Counted from the stretch's first letter, positions 1 to 10,440 are shown. The stretch is 64,000 bases of DNA from Corallococcus sp. AB038B (GCF_003668955.1 NZ_RAWO01000002.1:407605-471604); one strand, 5' to 3'. The notes: generated by a model not told the origin, from the letters alone. Program-made: numbers and translations.

Positions 1-2
1 CC

Positions 3-728
3 GTGTCGCGAGCGGGACTGATTTCGCTAGGACTGCTCCTGGTGGCGGTGGCCTTGACGTGTGGGGCGTTGAAGCCAACGCCGAAGACAGCAGGGGTGGC
101 GCTCCTGCTGTTGCTCGCGGCCATTCCCCTGGGCCTCAAGCTGGCACCGGCCTTCCAGGCCCGCTTCGATTCCGAAGGAGGACTCTCCAGTGAGTTCGGG
201 GGCAAGGAGCACGAAGGGCGCGGCGCCTACGTCCACCTCGCCCGGTTGATGCAGGAGGACCATGTCTTCGGAGCCGGGCTGAACAACTGGTCCTACGCGG
301 TGTCCAACCAGTACGGCCGGATGATCGGCTTCGGTTACATCCCCTATGCGGGCACGGATGAAGCGCCGCCCAAGGGGCCCATCCCGGCGGGCTCGAACGT
401 GGACGCGGCCCAGGCCCCCCCGGGACACAGCCTGTATCTCATCACGCTGGGAGAGACAGGCTGGCCCGGAGTCGTCCTCTTCGCGGCGGTCTGGCTGAGC
501 TGGTTCAAGATGGGAGCCAGCTTCTTCCTCAAGCGTTCGCCCGCGCTGCGCTCACGCTTTGGAATCGGAGTCTTCTTCGGCCTCCTGGGCGCCTTCGCCC
601 AGAGCTTCTCCGAGTGGGAATACCGCCAGACGCCACTGCTCTTCCTGCTGCACATCCTGTTGGGAGCACTTGCGGCCGTGTACCCGGCCCGCCCGTCGGT
701 GACGGCGAAGCGAGCCTCCGCGACATGA
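3..728 (+). CDS. O-antigen ligase (Wzy_C)-like integral membrane protein, C-terminal fragment (5' end outside window)
   Basis: The ORF runs from the window edge. It has multiple hydrophobic helices plus the NNWSY..GxGxG and LYLITLGETG segments typical of the O-antigen polymerase/ligase family. The 5' end is not in the window. Confidence 0.4.
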   Translation: MSRAGLISLGLLLVAVALTCGALKPTPKTAGVALLLLLAAIPLGLKLAPAFQARFDSEGGLSSEFGGKEHEGRGAYVHLARLMQEDHVFGAGLNNWSYAVSNQYGRMIGFGYIPYAGTDEAPPKGPIPAGSNVDAAQAPPGHSLYLITLGETGWPGVVLFAAVWLSWFKMGASFFLKRSPALRSRFGIGVFFGLLGAFAQSFSEWEYRQTPLLFLLHILLGALAAVYPARPSVTAKRASAT

Positions 729-771
729 CGGCTCCGTGTTGGAGCATGGAGCCGTCAGCGCGGGATGGCTC

Positions 772-3700
772 CTATAGGCACACCCACTGGTATCTGGGGC
801 TGCTGCCGACGGCACAAGCAGAGCCCAGCTGTGCGCAGGGTCCATCCGGGGAGAAGTTGTTGCAGTTGACGGTCCGGCAGGCGCGGGAGCCGTCGTCGCA
901 CGTACCCGTGTTGACCCATCTCGCACCGGAGCTGACGCACGTTCCGCCGCTGCACGTCTGGCCACTGCCACAGGTCTGGACGTCGGTGATGACGACGCCA
1001 ACACAGCCGCCGCCGGCGATGCAAGAGCCACTGGTGATCCTCTGAATGGTGTTGCCGCTGCAGGTGTAGACGTCATAGGGCGTGCACGTCGTGACGTCGG
1101 TGGTGGCGGTGGAACCATTGCAGCCATTGCCAAGGCAAAGGCCTCGGGTGGTCTTCTGAACGGTGTTGCCGTTGCAGGTGTAGGTGTCCACGGGCGAGCA
1201 CGTCCTGACGTTGGTGGTGCTGCTGCCACTGCAACCGCTGCCGCTGCAGAGGCCGTTGGTGGTCTTTTGGACGGTGTTGCCGTTGCAGGAGTAGGTGTCG
1301 AAGGGGGAGCACGTCGTGACGTTGGTGGTGGTGCTGCCACCGCAGCCGCCACCGCTGCATAATCCGCTGGTGGTCTTCTGGACGGTGTTGCCGCTGCACG
1401 AATAGCTGTCCACCGGGGAGCACGTCTGGACGGCGGTGTCCGTGGAGCCGCAGGAGCCGCCGCTGCAACCGGTGCCGGTGGTCCTGCGGACGGTGTTGCC
1501 GCTGCAGTAGTCGTTGCTCGCGGTGGAGCACGTCTGGACGAGGGTGTCGGTGGAGCCGCAGTTGCCGCCGCTGCAACCGGTGCCGGTGAGCTTCCGGACG
1601 GTGTTGCCGCTGCAGTAGTTGCTGCTGGAGGTGGAGCAAGACTCAATGAGTTGCTGGGAGGACGTGCAGGCCCCGTGGGAGCAGCCGCCATGGACGGTCT
1701 GGTAGGCGCCGTTGCCGCTGCAGTAGGGGCCGCTGCTGCCGGTCTGGCACGTCTGCACGAGGACGTCAGTGGACTGGCAGGAGCCGCCGCTACAGGTGCC
1801 CGTGCCCATGGTCCTCCGGATGTCATTGCCGCTGCAGTAGTTGGTACTGGCGGTGCTGCAACTCAGGGGCGAGCCGCCGCAGGAGCCCGCACCGTTGCAG
1901 ACATCGCCCGTCGTGCACGAGTTGCTGTCATCGCAGCTGGCGCCCGCGGCCTTCGGCACATAGGAGCAGGTGCCGTTGGAGCAGGTGCCGGCGGACTGGT
2001 AGCACTGATTGGGAGGGCTGTTGCAGCTCAGTTCCGAGCCGCGACAGATGCCCGCACCGTCGCAGACGTCGCTCGTCGTACACGAGTTACTGTCATCGCA
2101 GAGGGTGCCCGCGGCCTTCGGCGGGTAGGTGCACGCTCCGTTGGAGTACGTGCCCGGGGAGCCATGGCAGGCGTCCGGCGGTGTCGTGCAGGCCGGCACT
2201 CCGGCGCAGACGCCCGCTCCGCTGCACACGTCGTTGATGGTGCCCCCATTGTTGTCATCACAAGCCGTGCCCGCCGCCTTCGGAGCATACGTGCACGCCC
2301 CGTCGCTGCACGTCCCCGCCAACTCGAAGCACTGGCTCGGCGGGCTGTTGCAGCTCATGGGCGAGCCTGAGCATCCGCCCGCCCCATTGCACGTCTCGCC
2401 CACCGTGCACGCATCCCCGTCATCACACGCGGCGCCCGTCGCCTTGTACGCGTAGGAGCACGTCCCATCGCTGCACGTTCCCGCCGTCTCGTAGCACTGC
2501 CCCGGAGGACTGCCGCACTGGGTGGCACTCCCCGCGCACACGCCCGCGCCGTTGCACGCGTCCGCGGTGGTGCACGTATCCCCATCGTCGCAGGTGACTC
2601 CAACGGCCTTCGGCGCGTAGCTGCACACCCCATTGCCACACGTCCCCGTCGCCTCGTAGCAGGGCCCTGGTGCGCTGTTACAGGTCACCCAGGTGCACGC
2701 GTCGTAGCCATACAGCTCCGCCGTCTTCAGGCTCGTGCCGCTGGAGCCCAGGCCGCCCACCACCAGCACCTTGCCCTGCGCCCCCAGCGACACCGCCACA
2801 TGCGAGTACCGAGCACCGACCATGGGAGTCGCCGCGCTCCACAGCCGGGTGGCGGGGTCGTACACCTCCGTGCTCGCGAGTGCGGCCGTCGCGGCGCTGC
2901 CAAACATTCCGCCAGTCACCAGCACATGCCCCGTGCTCAGCAGGGTGGCGGTGTGCAACTCCCTGGCCGTGCCCAGTGCGCCCGTCGCACTCCACTGCCC
3001 GGTGCTCGGGTCATACTCCTCGGCCGTCACCAGCAGGCCGGTGCCGTTGCGGCCACCCACCACCAGCACCTTGCCCGAAGGCAGAAGCGTCGCCGTGTGG
3101 TTGTAGCGCGCGGACGCCAGGCTGCCCGTCGCCGCCCAGGTATTGCTCGACGGGTTGTACAGCTCCGCCGACGCAAGGCTCACGCTCTCTACGCCGCCCG
3201 CCACCAGCACCTGGCCCGAAGGCAGCAGCGTCGCCGTGTGGTTGCGGCGCGGCGCGCCCAGATTGGAGCCGGCACTCCAGCTTCCGGAGGCCGGGTCATA
3301 CAGGTCCACCTTGAAGTAGGCGCCCGTATTGTTTCCACCGCCGGCCACCAGCACCTTGCCCGAGGGAAGCACCGTCGCCGTCACGGCCGCCCGAGCCACG
3401 CCCGTGGCGAAGCTCCCCGCGAAGGCCCAGGTATTGGTGTCCGGGGAGTACACCGCCGCGGAAGCCAGACGGCCCGTCGCATTCTCTCCGCCCACCACGA
3501 GCACCTTGCCCGAAGGCAGCAGCGTCAGGGCGTGGATCTGCCGGGCCTCCGGCATGGACGCGGCCGCCGTCCAGGAGCCCGTCGCGGGGTCGAAGAGGGT
3601 GGAGGAGGAGAGATAGCCACTGGCGTTGTACCCGCCCGTCACCAGCACCTTGCCTGACGGCAGCGCGACGCCTGCGTGGTACTTGCGAGCCTCCGCCATG

Positions 3701-3843
3701 GGCGCGGTCTCGGTCCAACCCTCCACCGCCAGTGGCGAAGCCTGTTGGGCCAGCGTCTTCTCTTCTGGTGGTTTGCTACTACAGCCCACGACGACACAGA
3801 GCAGCCCCAACAGCAGAGCCCTGCTGACTCTCCACGCGTCCAT
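772..3843 (-). CDS. Kelch-repeat beta-propeller lipoprotein with C-terminal Myxococcus cysteine-rich repeats and a second 36-aa Cys repeat array
   Basis: N-terminal lipoprotein signal (LLGLLCVVVGCSS). Six Kelch blades, each with an LPSGKVLV.GG motif. Then about 8 copies of a CDDG.(A/S)CT..D.CNGAG.C repeat (TIGR02232-type, Myxococcus cysteine-rich). Then about 7 copies of CSGN.VRKTTGTGCSGG.CGSTDTLVQTC. Paralog of 4159..8052. Confidence 0.8.
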   Translation of the reverse strand: MDAWRVSRALLLGLLCVVVGCSSKPPEEKTLAQQASPLAVEGWTETAPMAEARKYHAGVALPSGKVLVTGGYNASGYLSSSTLFDPATGSWTAAASMPEARQIHALTLLPSGKVLVVGGENATGRLASAAVYSPDTNTWAFAGSFATGVARAAVTATVLPSGKVLVAGGGNNTGAYFKVDLYDPASGSWSAGSNLGAPRRNHTATLLPSGQVLVAGGVESVSLASAELYNPSSNTWAATGSLASARYNHTATLLPSGKVLVVGGRNGTGLLVTAEEYDPSTGQWSATGALGTARELHTATLLSTGHVLVTGGMFGSAATAALASTEVYDPATRLWSAATPMVGARYSHVAVSLGAQGKVLVVGGLGSSGTSLKTAELYGYDACTWVTCNSAPGPCYEATGTCGNGVCSYAPKAVGVTCDDGDTCTTADACNGAGVCAGSATQCGSPPGQCYETAGTCSDGTCSYAYKATGAACDDGDACTVGETCNGAGGCSGSPMSCNSPPSQCFELAGTCSDGACTYAPKAAGTACDDNNGGTINDVCSGAGVCAGVPACTTPPDACHGSPGTYSNGACTYPPKAAGTLCDDSNSCTTSDVCDGAGICRGSELSCNSPPNQCYQSAGTCSNGTCSYVPKAAGASCDDSNSCTTGDVCNGAGSCGGSPLSCSTASTNYCSGNDIRRTMGTGTCSGGSCQSTDVLVQTCQTGSSGPYCSGNGAYQTVHGGCSHGACTSSQQLIESCSTSSSNYCSGNTVRKLTGTGCSGGNCGSTDTLVQTCSTASNDYCSGNTVRRTTGTGCSGGSCGSTDTAVQTCSPVDSYSCSGNTVQKTTSGLCSGGGCGGSTTTNVTTCSPFDTYSCNGNTVQKTTNGLCSGSGCSGSSTTNVRTCSPVDTYTCNGNTVQKTTRGLCLGNGCNGSTATTDVTTCTPYDVYTCSGNTIQRITSGSCIAGGGCVGVVITDVQTCGSGQTCSGGTCVSSGARWVNTGTCDDGSRACRTVNCNNFSPDGPCAQLGSACAVGSSPRYQWVCL

Positions 3844-4158
3844 GACAACTCCAGGGAATGGAGGCGCACAGAGGGGCCCCCATGAAATTTGGTTTAGCCC
3901 GCCAGCATGGCGATCCGCTTTTGAAACACAATCATCCCGCCATTCGGCCGACGCTCTACATGAGATCGTGCATTGGCCTCAATCACGACCATGGGGTCGT
4001 CCCCTGCGAGCCGGGTGTCGACAGACTCATCCACGCCGAGCTCTTGGGCGCCGCGGAGCACCCCGTCGAGGCGAAGCCTCCGTGCGTTGGGGGCGCACGG
4101 AGGCTTCCACGCTGAATTCAAGAGGTGTGAGTGGACGGACTCCGACTCACACATTCAT

Positions 4159-7100
4159 TCAGTACGGCGCGCACTTCCATTCGGTACGACCGGTGGGGCC
4201 GCCATACCAGAAGCAAGTGGAACCCACGGGCCTGCAGTCCTGGCCGTCCGGGTTGACGGGGGAGCATTCATTGGCTGGGCACCGGGTGCTGCACGAACCC
4301 ACCAACTGCCAGAGCCCATCGTTGGAAACGCATGCGCCGTCGCTGCACATCTCGAACTGGCTGTTGCACGTCTGGACCAGGGTGTCCGTGGAGCCGCAGG
4401 TACCACTGCCGCTGCAACCCGTGCCAGTCGTCCTCCGGACGGTGTTGCCGCTGCAGTAGGTCGTGCTCGCGGTGGAGCACGTCTGGACCAAGGTGTCGCT
4501 GGAGCCACAGTTGCCACCGCTACAGCCGGTGCCAGTGGTCCTCCGCACGTTATTGCCGCTGCAGTAGGTCGTGCTCGCGGTGGAGCACGTCTGGACGAAG
4601 GCGTCGGAGGAACCGCAGGAGCCGCCGCTGCAACCGGTTCCGGTGGTCTTCCGCACATCATTGCCGCTGCAGTAGTTGTTGCTGGAGGTGGAGCACGTCT
4701 GGACGAGCTGCTGGCTGGACGAGCAGGAGCCTCCGCTGCAGCCGCCATTGACGGTCTGGTAGACGCTGTTGCCGCTGCAGAAAGGGCTGCTGGTGCCCGT
4801 CGCGCACGTCTGGACGAGCGTGTCGGTGACGCCACAGGAGCCACCGCTGCAACCGGTGTAGGAGGTCTTCCGGACGGTGTTGCCGCTGCAGTAGTTGCTG
4901 CTCCCGGTGGTGCAGTTCTGGACGACGGTGTCGGTGGATCCGCAGGAGCCGCCGCTGCATCCAGTGCCGGTGACCTTCCGGACGGTGTTGCCGCTGCAGT
5001 AGTTGCTGCTGGAGGTAGAGCACGACTCGATGAGTTGCTGGGAAGAAGTGCAGGCACCGTTGGAGCAGCCGCCGTAAACGGTCTGGTAGGCACCGTTGCC
5101 ACTGCAGAAGGGGCCACTGGTTCCGGTCTGGCACGTCTGCACGAGGGTGTCCGTGGAGCCGCAGGAACCGCCGCTGCAGGTGCCAGTGCCCGCGGTCTTC
5201 CGCAAGTCATTGCCGCTGCAGTAGTTGGTGCTCGCGGTGGAGCACGTCTGGACGAGGGTGTCCGTGGTGCCGCAGGCGCCGCCGCTGCAAGTGCCGGTGC
5301 CGGTGGTCTTCCGGACGGTGTTGCCGCTGCAGTAGTTGCTGCTCGAGGTGGAGCACGTCTCAATGAGTTGCTGGCTGGACGCGCAGGCGCCTCCGCTGCA
5401 GCCGGAATTGAGGGTCCGGTAGACGCTGCTGCCACTGCAGAAGGGGCTGCTGGTGCCCGTCGGGCACGTCTGGACGAGCGTGTCGGTGGAGCCACAGGAG
5501 CCGTCACTGCAACCGGTGCCGGTGGTCTTCCGCACGTCATTGCCATTGCAGTAGTTGCTGCTCGAGGTGGAGCACGTCTGGACGAGGGTGTCGGTGGAGC
5601 CGCAGTTGCCGCCGCTGCAACCGGTGCCGGTCAGCTTCCGGGCGGTGTTGCCGCTGCAGTAGTTGCTGCTGGAGGTGGAGCACGACTCGATGAGCTGCTG
5701 GGAGGACATGCAGACACCGTTGGAGCAGCCGCCATGGACGGTCTCGTAGGCGCCGTTGCCGCTGCAGTAGGGACCGCTGCTGCCGGTCTGGCACGTCTGC
5801 ACGAGGACGTCAGTGGACTGGCAGGAGCCGCCGCTACAGGTGCCCGTGCCCATGGTCCTCCGGATGTCATTGCCGCTGCAGTAGTTGGTACTGGCGGTGC
5901 TGCAACTCAGGGGCGAGCCGCCGCAGGAGCCCGCACCGTTGCAGACATCGCCCGTCGTGCACGAGTTGCTGTCATCGCAGCTGGCGCCCGCGGTCTTCGG
6001 CACATAGCTACAGGTGCCATTGGAGCAGGTGCCCGCGGCCTCGTGGCACTGGCTGGGCGGACTGTTGCAGCTCAGCGCCGCGCCACCACACGTGCCAGAG
6101 CCGTTGCAGACGTCGCCCGTCGTGCAGGCGTTGCCGTCATCGCAGCTCGCACCCGAGAACTTCGGCGCGTAGGAGCAGGTGCCGTTGGAGCAGGTCCCCG
6201 CGGCCTCGTGGCACTGGCTGGGCGGGCTGTTGCAGCTCAGCGCCGCGCCACCGCAGGTGCCAGAGCCGTTGCAGACGTCGCCGCTCGTGCAAGCGTTGCC
6301 ATCATCGCAGAGGGTGCCTGCGGCCTTCGGCGGGTAGGTGCACGCCCCGTTGGAGTACGTGCCCGGGGAGCCATGGCAGGCGTCCGGCGGCGTCGTGCAG
6401 GCCGGAACTCCGGAGCAGACGCCGGTCCCATTACAGACGTCATTGATGGTGCCACCATTGCCATCATCACAAGCGGTGCCCGTCGCCTTCGGCGCATAGG
6501 TGCACGCCCCATCGCTGCACGTTCCCGCCGCCTCGAAGCACTGGCTCGGCGGGCTGTTGCACGTCACCGGCGTGCCCGAGCACCCGCCCGCCCCGTTGCA
6601 CGTTTCGTCCACCGTACACGCATCCCCATCATCACACGCGGCGCCCGTCGCCTTGTACGCGTAGGAGCACGTCCCATCGCTGCACGTTCCCGCCGTCTCG
6701 TAGCACTGCCCCGGAGGACTGCCGCACTGGGTGGCACTCCCCGCGCACACGCCCGCGCCGTTGCACACGTCCGCCCCGGTGCACGCATTGCCGTCGTCAC
6801 AGGTGGCCCCGGTCGCCTTCGGCGCGTAGCTGCACACCCCATTGCTGCATGTTCCCGCCGCCTCATGGCAGGACCCTGGGGAGTTGTTGCACGTCACTCC
6901 GGCGCACGCGTCATACCCATACACCTCCGCCGTCTTCTGGCTCGCGGCGTTGGCGCCGATGCCGCCCACCACCAACACCTTGGCATGCGTCCCCAGCGAC
7001 ACCGCCACATGCGAATACCGCGCACCAGCCATCGGCGTCGCCGCGCTCCACTGCCGGGTGACAGGGTCGTACAGTTCCGTGTTCGCCAGGGCAGCCGTCG

Positions 7101-8052
7101 CGGCGCTGCCAAACATTCCGCCGGCCACCAGCACCTTCCCGGTGCTCAGCAGGGTGGCGGTGTGCAGCATCCTGGCCGCGCCCAGCGCGCCCGTCGCACT
7201 CCACTGCCCGGTGCTCGGGTCATACTCCTCCGCTGTCGCCAACAGTCCGCTGCTGTTACGGCCACCCACCACCAGCACCTTGCCCGAAGGCAGCAGCGTC
7301 TCCGTATGGTCGTAGCGCGCTGTCGCGAGGCTCCCCGTCGCCGACCAGGTATTGCTCGAGGGGGTGTACACCTCGGCAGTCGCCAGGCTCCCGCTCTCGA
7401 CGCCGCCCGCCACCAGCACCTGGCCCGAAGGCAGCAGTGTCGCCGTGTGGTTGCGACGCGGCGCGCCCAGGTTCGGTCCGACACTCCAGCTTCCGGAGGC
7501 CGGGTCATACACATCCACCCGGAAGGACGCCCCCGTACCGTTTCCACCGCCGGCCACCAGCACCTTGCCTGAAGGCAGCAGCGTCGTCGTCATGGCCGCC
7601 CGAGCCACGCCCGTGGCGAAGCTTCCCGCGGGGGCCCAGGTATTGGTGTCCGGGGAATACACCGCCGCGGAAGTCAGGCGGCCCGTCGCATTCTCTCCGC
7701 CGACGACCAGCACCTTGCCCGAAGGCAGCAGCGTCAGGGCGTGACTCTGTCGGGCCTCCGGCATGGGCGCGGCCGCTGTCCACGCACCGGTCGCGGGGTC
7801 GAAGAGCGTGGAGGAGGAGAGATAACCACTGGCGTTGTATCCGCCCGTCACCAGCACCTTGCCGGAAGGCAGCACGACACCCGCGTGGTATTTCCGAGCC
7901 TCCGCCATGGGTGCGGTCTCGGTCCACCCCTCCACCACCAACGGCGAAGCGCTGTGGGTCAGCGTTTTCTCTTCTGGCGGCTTGCTGCTACAGCCTGCTG
8001 CAACACAGACCAGTCCCAGCAGCAGGGCCCTGCTGGCTCGCATCACGTCCAT
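4159..8052 (-). CDS. Kelch-repeat beta-propeller lipoprotein, longer paralog (about 9 CDDG repeats plus about 13 CSGN-type repeats)
   Basis: Lipobox LGLVCVAAGCSS. The Kelch region is about 85% identical in protein to the upstream paralog. Long stretches of identical nucleotides are shared with 772..3843; for example 5631..5870 and 1651..1826 encode identical peptide segments. Confidence 0.8.
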   Translation of the reverse strand: MDVMRASRALLLGLVCVAAGCSSKPPEEKTLTHSASPLVVEGWTETAPMAEARKYHAGVVLPSGKVLVTGGYNASGYLSSSTLFDPATGAWTAAAPMPEARQSHALTLLPSGKVLVVGGENATGRLTSAAVYSPDTNTWAPAGSFATGVARAAMTTTLLPSGKVLVAGGGNGTGASFRVDVYDPASGSWSVGPNLGAPRRNHTATLLPSGQVLVAGGVESGSLATAEVYTPSSNTWSATGSLATARYDHTETLLPSGKVLVVGGRNSSGLLATAEEYDPSTGQWSATGALGAARMLHTATLLSTGKVLVAGGMFGSAATAALANTELYDPVTRQWSAATPMAGARYSHVAVSLGTHAKVLVVGGIGANAASQKTAEVYGYDACAGVTCNNSPGSCHEAAGTCSNGVCSYAPKATGATCDDGNACTGADVCNGAGVCAGSATQCGSPPGQCYETAGTCSDGTCSYAYKATGAACDDGDACTVDETCNGAGGCSGTPVTCNSPPSQCFEAAGTCSDGACTYAPKATGTACDDGNGGTINDVCNGTGVCSGVPACTTPPDACHGSPGTYSNGACTYPPKAAGTLCDDGNACTSGDVCNGSGTCGGAALSCNSPPSQCHEAAGTCSNGTCSYAPKFSGASCDDGNACTTGDVCNGSGTCGGAALSCNSPPSQCHEAAGTCSNGTCSYVPKTAGASCDDSNSCTTGDVCNGAGSCGGSPLSCSTASTNYCSGNDIRRTMGTGTCSGGSCQSTDVLVQTCQTGSSGPYCSGNGAYETVHGGCSNGVCMSSQQLIESCSTSSSNYCSGNTARKLTGTGCSGGNCGSTDTLVQTCSTSSSNYCNGNDVRKTTGTGCSDGSCGSTDTLVQTCPTGTSSPFCSGSSVYRTLNSGCSGGACASSQQLIETCSTSSSNYCSGNTVRKTTGTGTCSGGACGTTDTLVQTCSTASTNYCSGNDLRKTAGTGTCSGGSCGSTDTLVQTCQTGTSGPFCSGNGAYQTVYGGCSNGACTSSQQLIESCSTSSSNYCSGNTVRKVTGTGCSGGSCGSTDTVVQNCTTGSSNYCSGNTVRKTSYTGCSGGSCGVTDTLVQTCATGTSSPFCSGNSVYQTVNGGCSGGSCSSSQQLVQTCSTSSNNYCSGNDVRKTTGTGCSGGSCGSSDAFVQTCSTASTTYCSGNNVRRTTGTGCSGGNCGSSDTLVQTCSTASTTYCSGNTVRRTTGTGCSGSGTCGSTDTLVQTCNSQFEMCSDGACVSNDGLWQLVGSCSTRCPANECSPVNPDGQDCRPVGSTCFWYGGPTGRTEWKCAPY

Positions 8053-8175
8053 GACAACTCCGGGGAATGGAGGCGCTCAGAGGGGGCCTCCATGAACTTT
8101 GGTTTAGCCAGCCAGCATGGCCGTCCCTCCCTGAAACACAAACATTTTGTCGATTAGGAAACACTTCATTTGGGT

Positions 8176-9378
8176 TCATACGTCGGCCCCTTTCATGGTT
8201 GATGCCTCCACCCGCCGTGGCCGGGTGCCAGGGGACTCATCCGCGCCGAGGCCGGGCGTGTCCAAAGGGACACCCGGCAGACCGATGCTCCACCGGAAGG
8301 CACGGTTCCTCTCCAGGAGGAGGTAGAGGCCCAGGGGTCCCATCAGCCCGACGAGTGAGCCCAGCGCCAGGTGCAGCACGAGCGGCGCTCCTGGCAGCAC
8401 CTTGCCCAAAGCCAGTCGCATCCCGGACACGAAATAGATGTGGAAGAGGTAGAGGGGCATGCTGATCGAGCCCAGGTAGACAATCCGGCTCGCCAATCCC
8501 TTCCACGAGGCACCCAGGAGGAAGATGGCCAGGGTGAATTGCATGCAGAAGCCCAGCGGCCCCGTGATCAGTCGCGGATCCAGATGTCCCTCCGCGAGCC
8601 CCGAGACATGGAACGAGACCAGCAGTCCCAGGAACCCCAAGGGAACCAGTCCCTGGAGTGCCAGAGGCCACTGGGACAGCCGGCTGCGCGCCAGCACCAG
8701 CCAGGGAGACAGGCTCATTCCCAGACCGAAGAGGCAGTTCCAGAAGAGGATGAAGCGGAGGTATCTCATCCCAATTCCAGACAGAGGAGAGTCCAGGGCC
8801 TCGACAGCGGCATACAACACCCAGGACAGGCCCAGGTAGCTCAGCCCGTTCCAGTGGTACCGGGCAGGCACGATGCGCTGATACACCCACGCCAGACAGG
8901 TACAGCCCACCAGGGCGTGAATGAACCAGAAGATGGCGTACGGAGGGAACCAAGCAGCAGGGAACTGGCCCAGCAGCACCAGCCATCCACCAGGTGTCCG
9001 CGGGCGCGCCTGGGAGAGTTCATGGGTGTAGAGGAAGACGGGGGCCCACACCACCATGGGGATGACGAGCTTGCGCAGCTTCTTGTGTGCAAACTCCCGG
9101 AAGGACGAGTCCGGCGCGCCGAAGAGTGACACCGCCACTCCCGAGCCGATGATCATCACCGCCATGTTGAAGCTGTGGATGAGCTCCGCCACGAACCGCA
9201 GCTCCGCGCGCTCCGGGGAGAAGAGCTTGCGCACTCCCTGGAAGGGCTCCACGCCAATCACATGGACCAGCACCACGAGCAGCAGGCTGACGCCGCGGAC
9301 GAAGAACAGTTCCTCGGAGAGCGCCTTGCGAACCCGTGCAACGCGCGTTTCAGTAGCTACGTCAGGGAGCGTGAGCAT
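8176..9378 (-). CDS. Acyltransferase family 3 (OafA/OpgC-like) integral membrane protein
   Basis: 400 aa polytopic membrane protein. The N-terminal LFFVRGVSLLLVVLVHV motif and the overall topology are typical of acyltransferase_3. Confidence 0.55.
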   Translation of the reverse strand: MLTLPDVATETRVARVRKALSEELFFVRGVSLLLVVLVHVIGVEPFQGVRKLFSPERAELRFVAELIHSFNMAVMIIGSGVAVSLFGAPDSSFREFAHKKLRKLVIPMVVWAPVFLYTHELSQARPRTPGGWLVLLGQFPAAWFPPYAIFWFIHALVGCTCLAWVYQRIVPARYHWNGLSYLGLSWVLYAAVEALDSPLSGIGMRYLRFILFWNCLFGLGMSLSPWLVLARSRLSQWPLALQGLVPLGFLGLLVSFHVSGLAEGHLDPRLITGPLGFCMQFTLAIFLLGASWKGLASRIVYLGSISMPLYLFHIYFVSGMRLALGKVLPGAPLVLHLALGSLVGLMGPLGLYLLLERNRAFRWSIGLPGVPLDTPGLGADESPGTRPRRVEASTMKGADV

Positions 9379-9715
9379 GGCAGGCAGGAGTCCTCAACGG
9401 AGGACACGCCCTGCATGCAGATATCGTGCGCCACGCTTCCCGGATTCACGGCCGGCTGCCGGCCGCCGGTGTCTCATTCCGGGACGTCAATCTGTCTCGC
9501 GTTGATATTGGCGGTAGGGCACGGGAGCGGCGCGTCCATGGGGAGCCACCCGCGTCCGTTCATCTTGGGTACAGCTTGGGTACGAGGGTGGGGATGGCAG
9601 GGGGCAGGGAACCCTTGGCTACGTCAGGCCGGTGACGTCCGTGAACTTCGCGCCAGTGACGCCCGCGCGCTCCATGGCATCCTTGAACTTGATGGGGATC
9701 CTGATGCGCTCGCCC

Positions 9716-9800
9716 GGAGCTCGTCCATCCGATGCGGGCTACTCTGGATCGAGCGCCCAGGTTCCTTCTTCCCAGCGCTTCAATGCCTGCCCGGCTTCGA
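9716..9800. repeat. ~85-bp direct repeat, copy 1 (shares >90% identity with 11535..11615)
   Basis: The string ccgatgcgggct(a/t)ctctggatcgagcgcccaggttccttcttcccagcgcttcaatgcctgcccggcttc is present at both loci. It covers the last ~20 codons (FEAGQALKRWEEGTWALDPE*) plus the 3' flank of two minus-strand ORFs. Confidence 0.8.
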
Positions 9801-10044
9801 ACGTATCGACCCCCACGTAGGCAATGAGGGAGACGGTCATCACAGCGGCCACGCCCTTCGAGAAAGGCTCGGGCACCGCGAGCAAGATGCAGTACGTGGT
9901 CCACGTCCAAAGAACCGCCGCCAAAATGGCCTTGGGGTTGGCCATGTCCTTGAAGTCGTCCATCATCTCGTCCCGTACGACGCCCTGGGCCAGGGCCATG
10001 GCGAGGGCGTAACGGCCATCCCCGGCGACTGTGGGGCTCTCCAC
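9739..10044 (-). pseudogene. Chimeric ORF fragment sharing only its C-terminal 20 aa (DUF2019-like tail) with 11495..11983
   Basis: The identical C-terminal peptide lies in the 85-bp repeat. The upstream part is unrelated and hydrophobic. This is a probable recombination relic. Confidence 0.25.
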
Positions 10045-10084
10045 CAGGAGGCGCAGGCAATCGCCGGGCTTCGGAACCTGTCAA

Positions 10085-10440
10085 CGTGAATGAGACAGTG
10101 AAACTGAGAGATTAGTGCGCAGCCCCCTGTGAGGTGGGGAGCGGCGCGAGGTTGTTGATCCAGATGGCGTTTGGAAGGGCCTGGGGCTTCGGAGGGCCGT
10201 GAGGAAAGCGCTCGGGATGGGCGTCGTAGGCCGCCGCGAGGGCGGTGGCGCGGGCCGCGATGCGCGCGTCCGCCAGGCCGTGGTGACCCCCAGCTCCCGA
10301 GAGAGCGCGTCGAACTCCTCGCCCTTGAGCAATCGGAGCACGGCCTCCTTCTTCCGCTTCGCCGAGAACCGACCGTGCTCCGCCGTCCTGTCCTGCTCCT
10401 TATTCACATCTACCTCACGAGGGGGAGGTTATCCCCCAGA
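10085..10440 (-). mobile_element. Internally deleted IS3-family insertion sequence relic (OrfA N-terminus fused out of frame to a transposase C-terminal tail)
   Basis: ORF 10081..10407 begins MNKEQDRTAEHGRFSAKRKKEAVLRLLKGEEFDALSRELGVTTAW, an IS3/IS911 OrfA-type HTH. An alternative frame then reads ...AARATALAAAYDAHPERFPHGPPKPQALPNAIWIN, a transposase C-terminal-like tail. Imperfect inverted repeats (ccccctgtgaggtgggga / tctacctcacgaggggga) lie near 10116 and 10414. Confidence 0.45.

Noticed and set aside
3973-7572. 1199-aa + strand ORF (Ala/Gly/Arg-rich) across the second Kelch gene
   Set aside because: Antisense shadow ORF in 70% GC DNA. Low-complexity composition (runs of AAA/GAR). The opposite strand encodes a well-supported lipoprotein with Kelch and Cys repeats.
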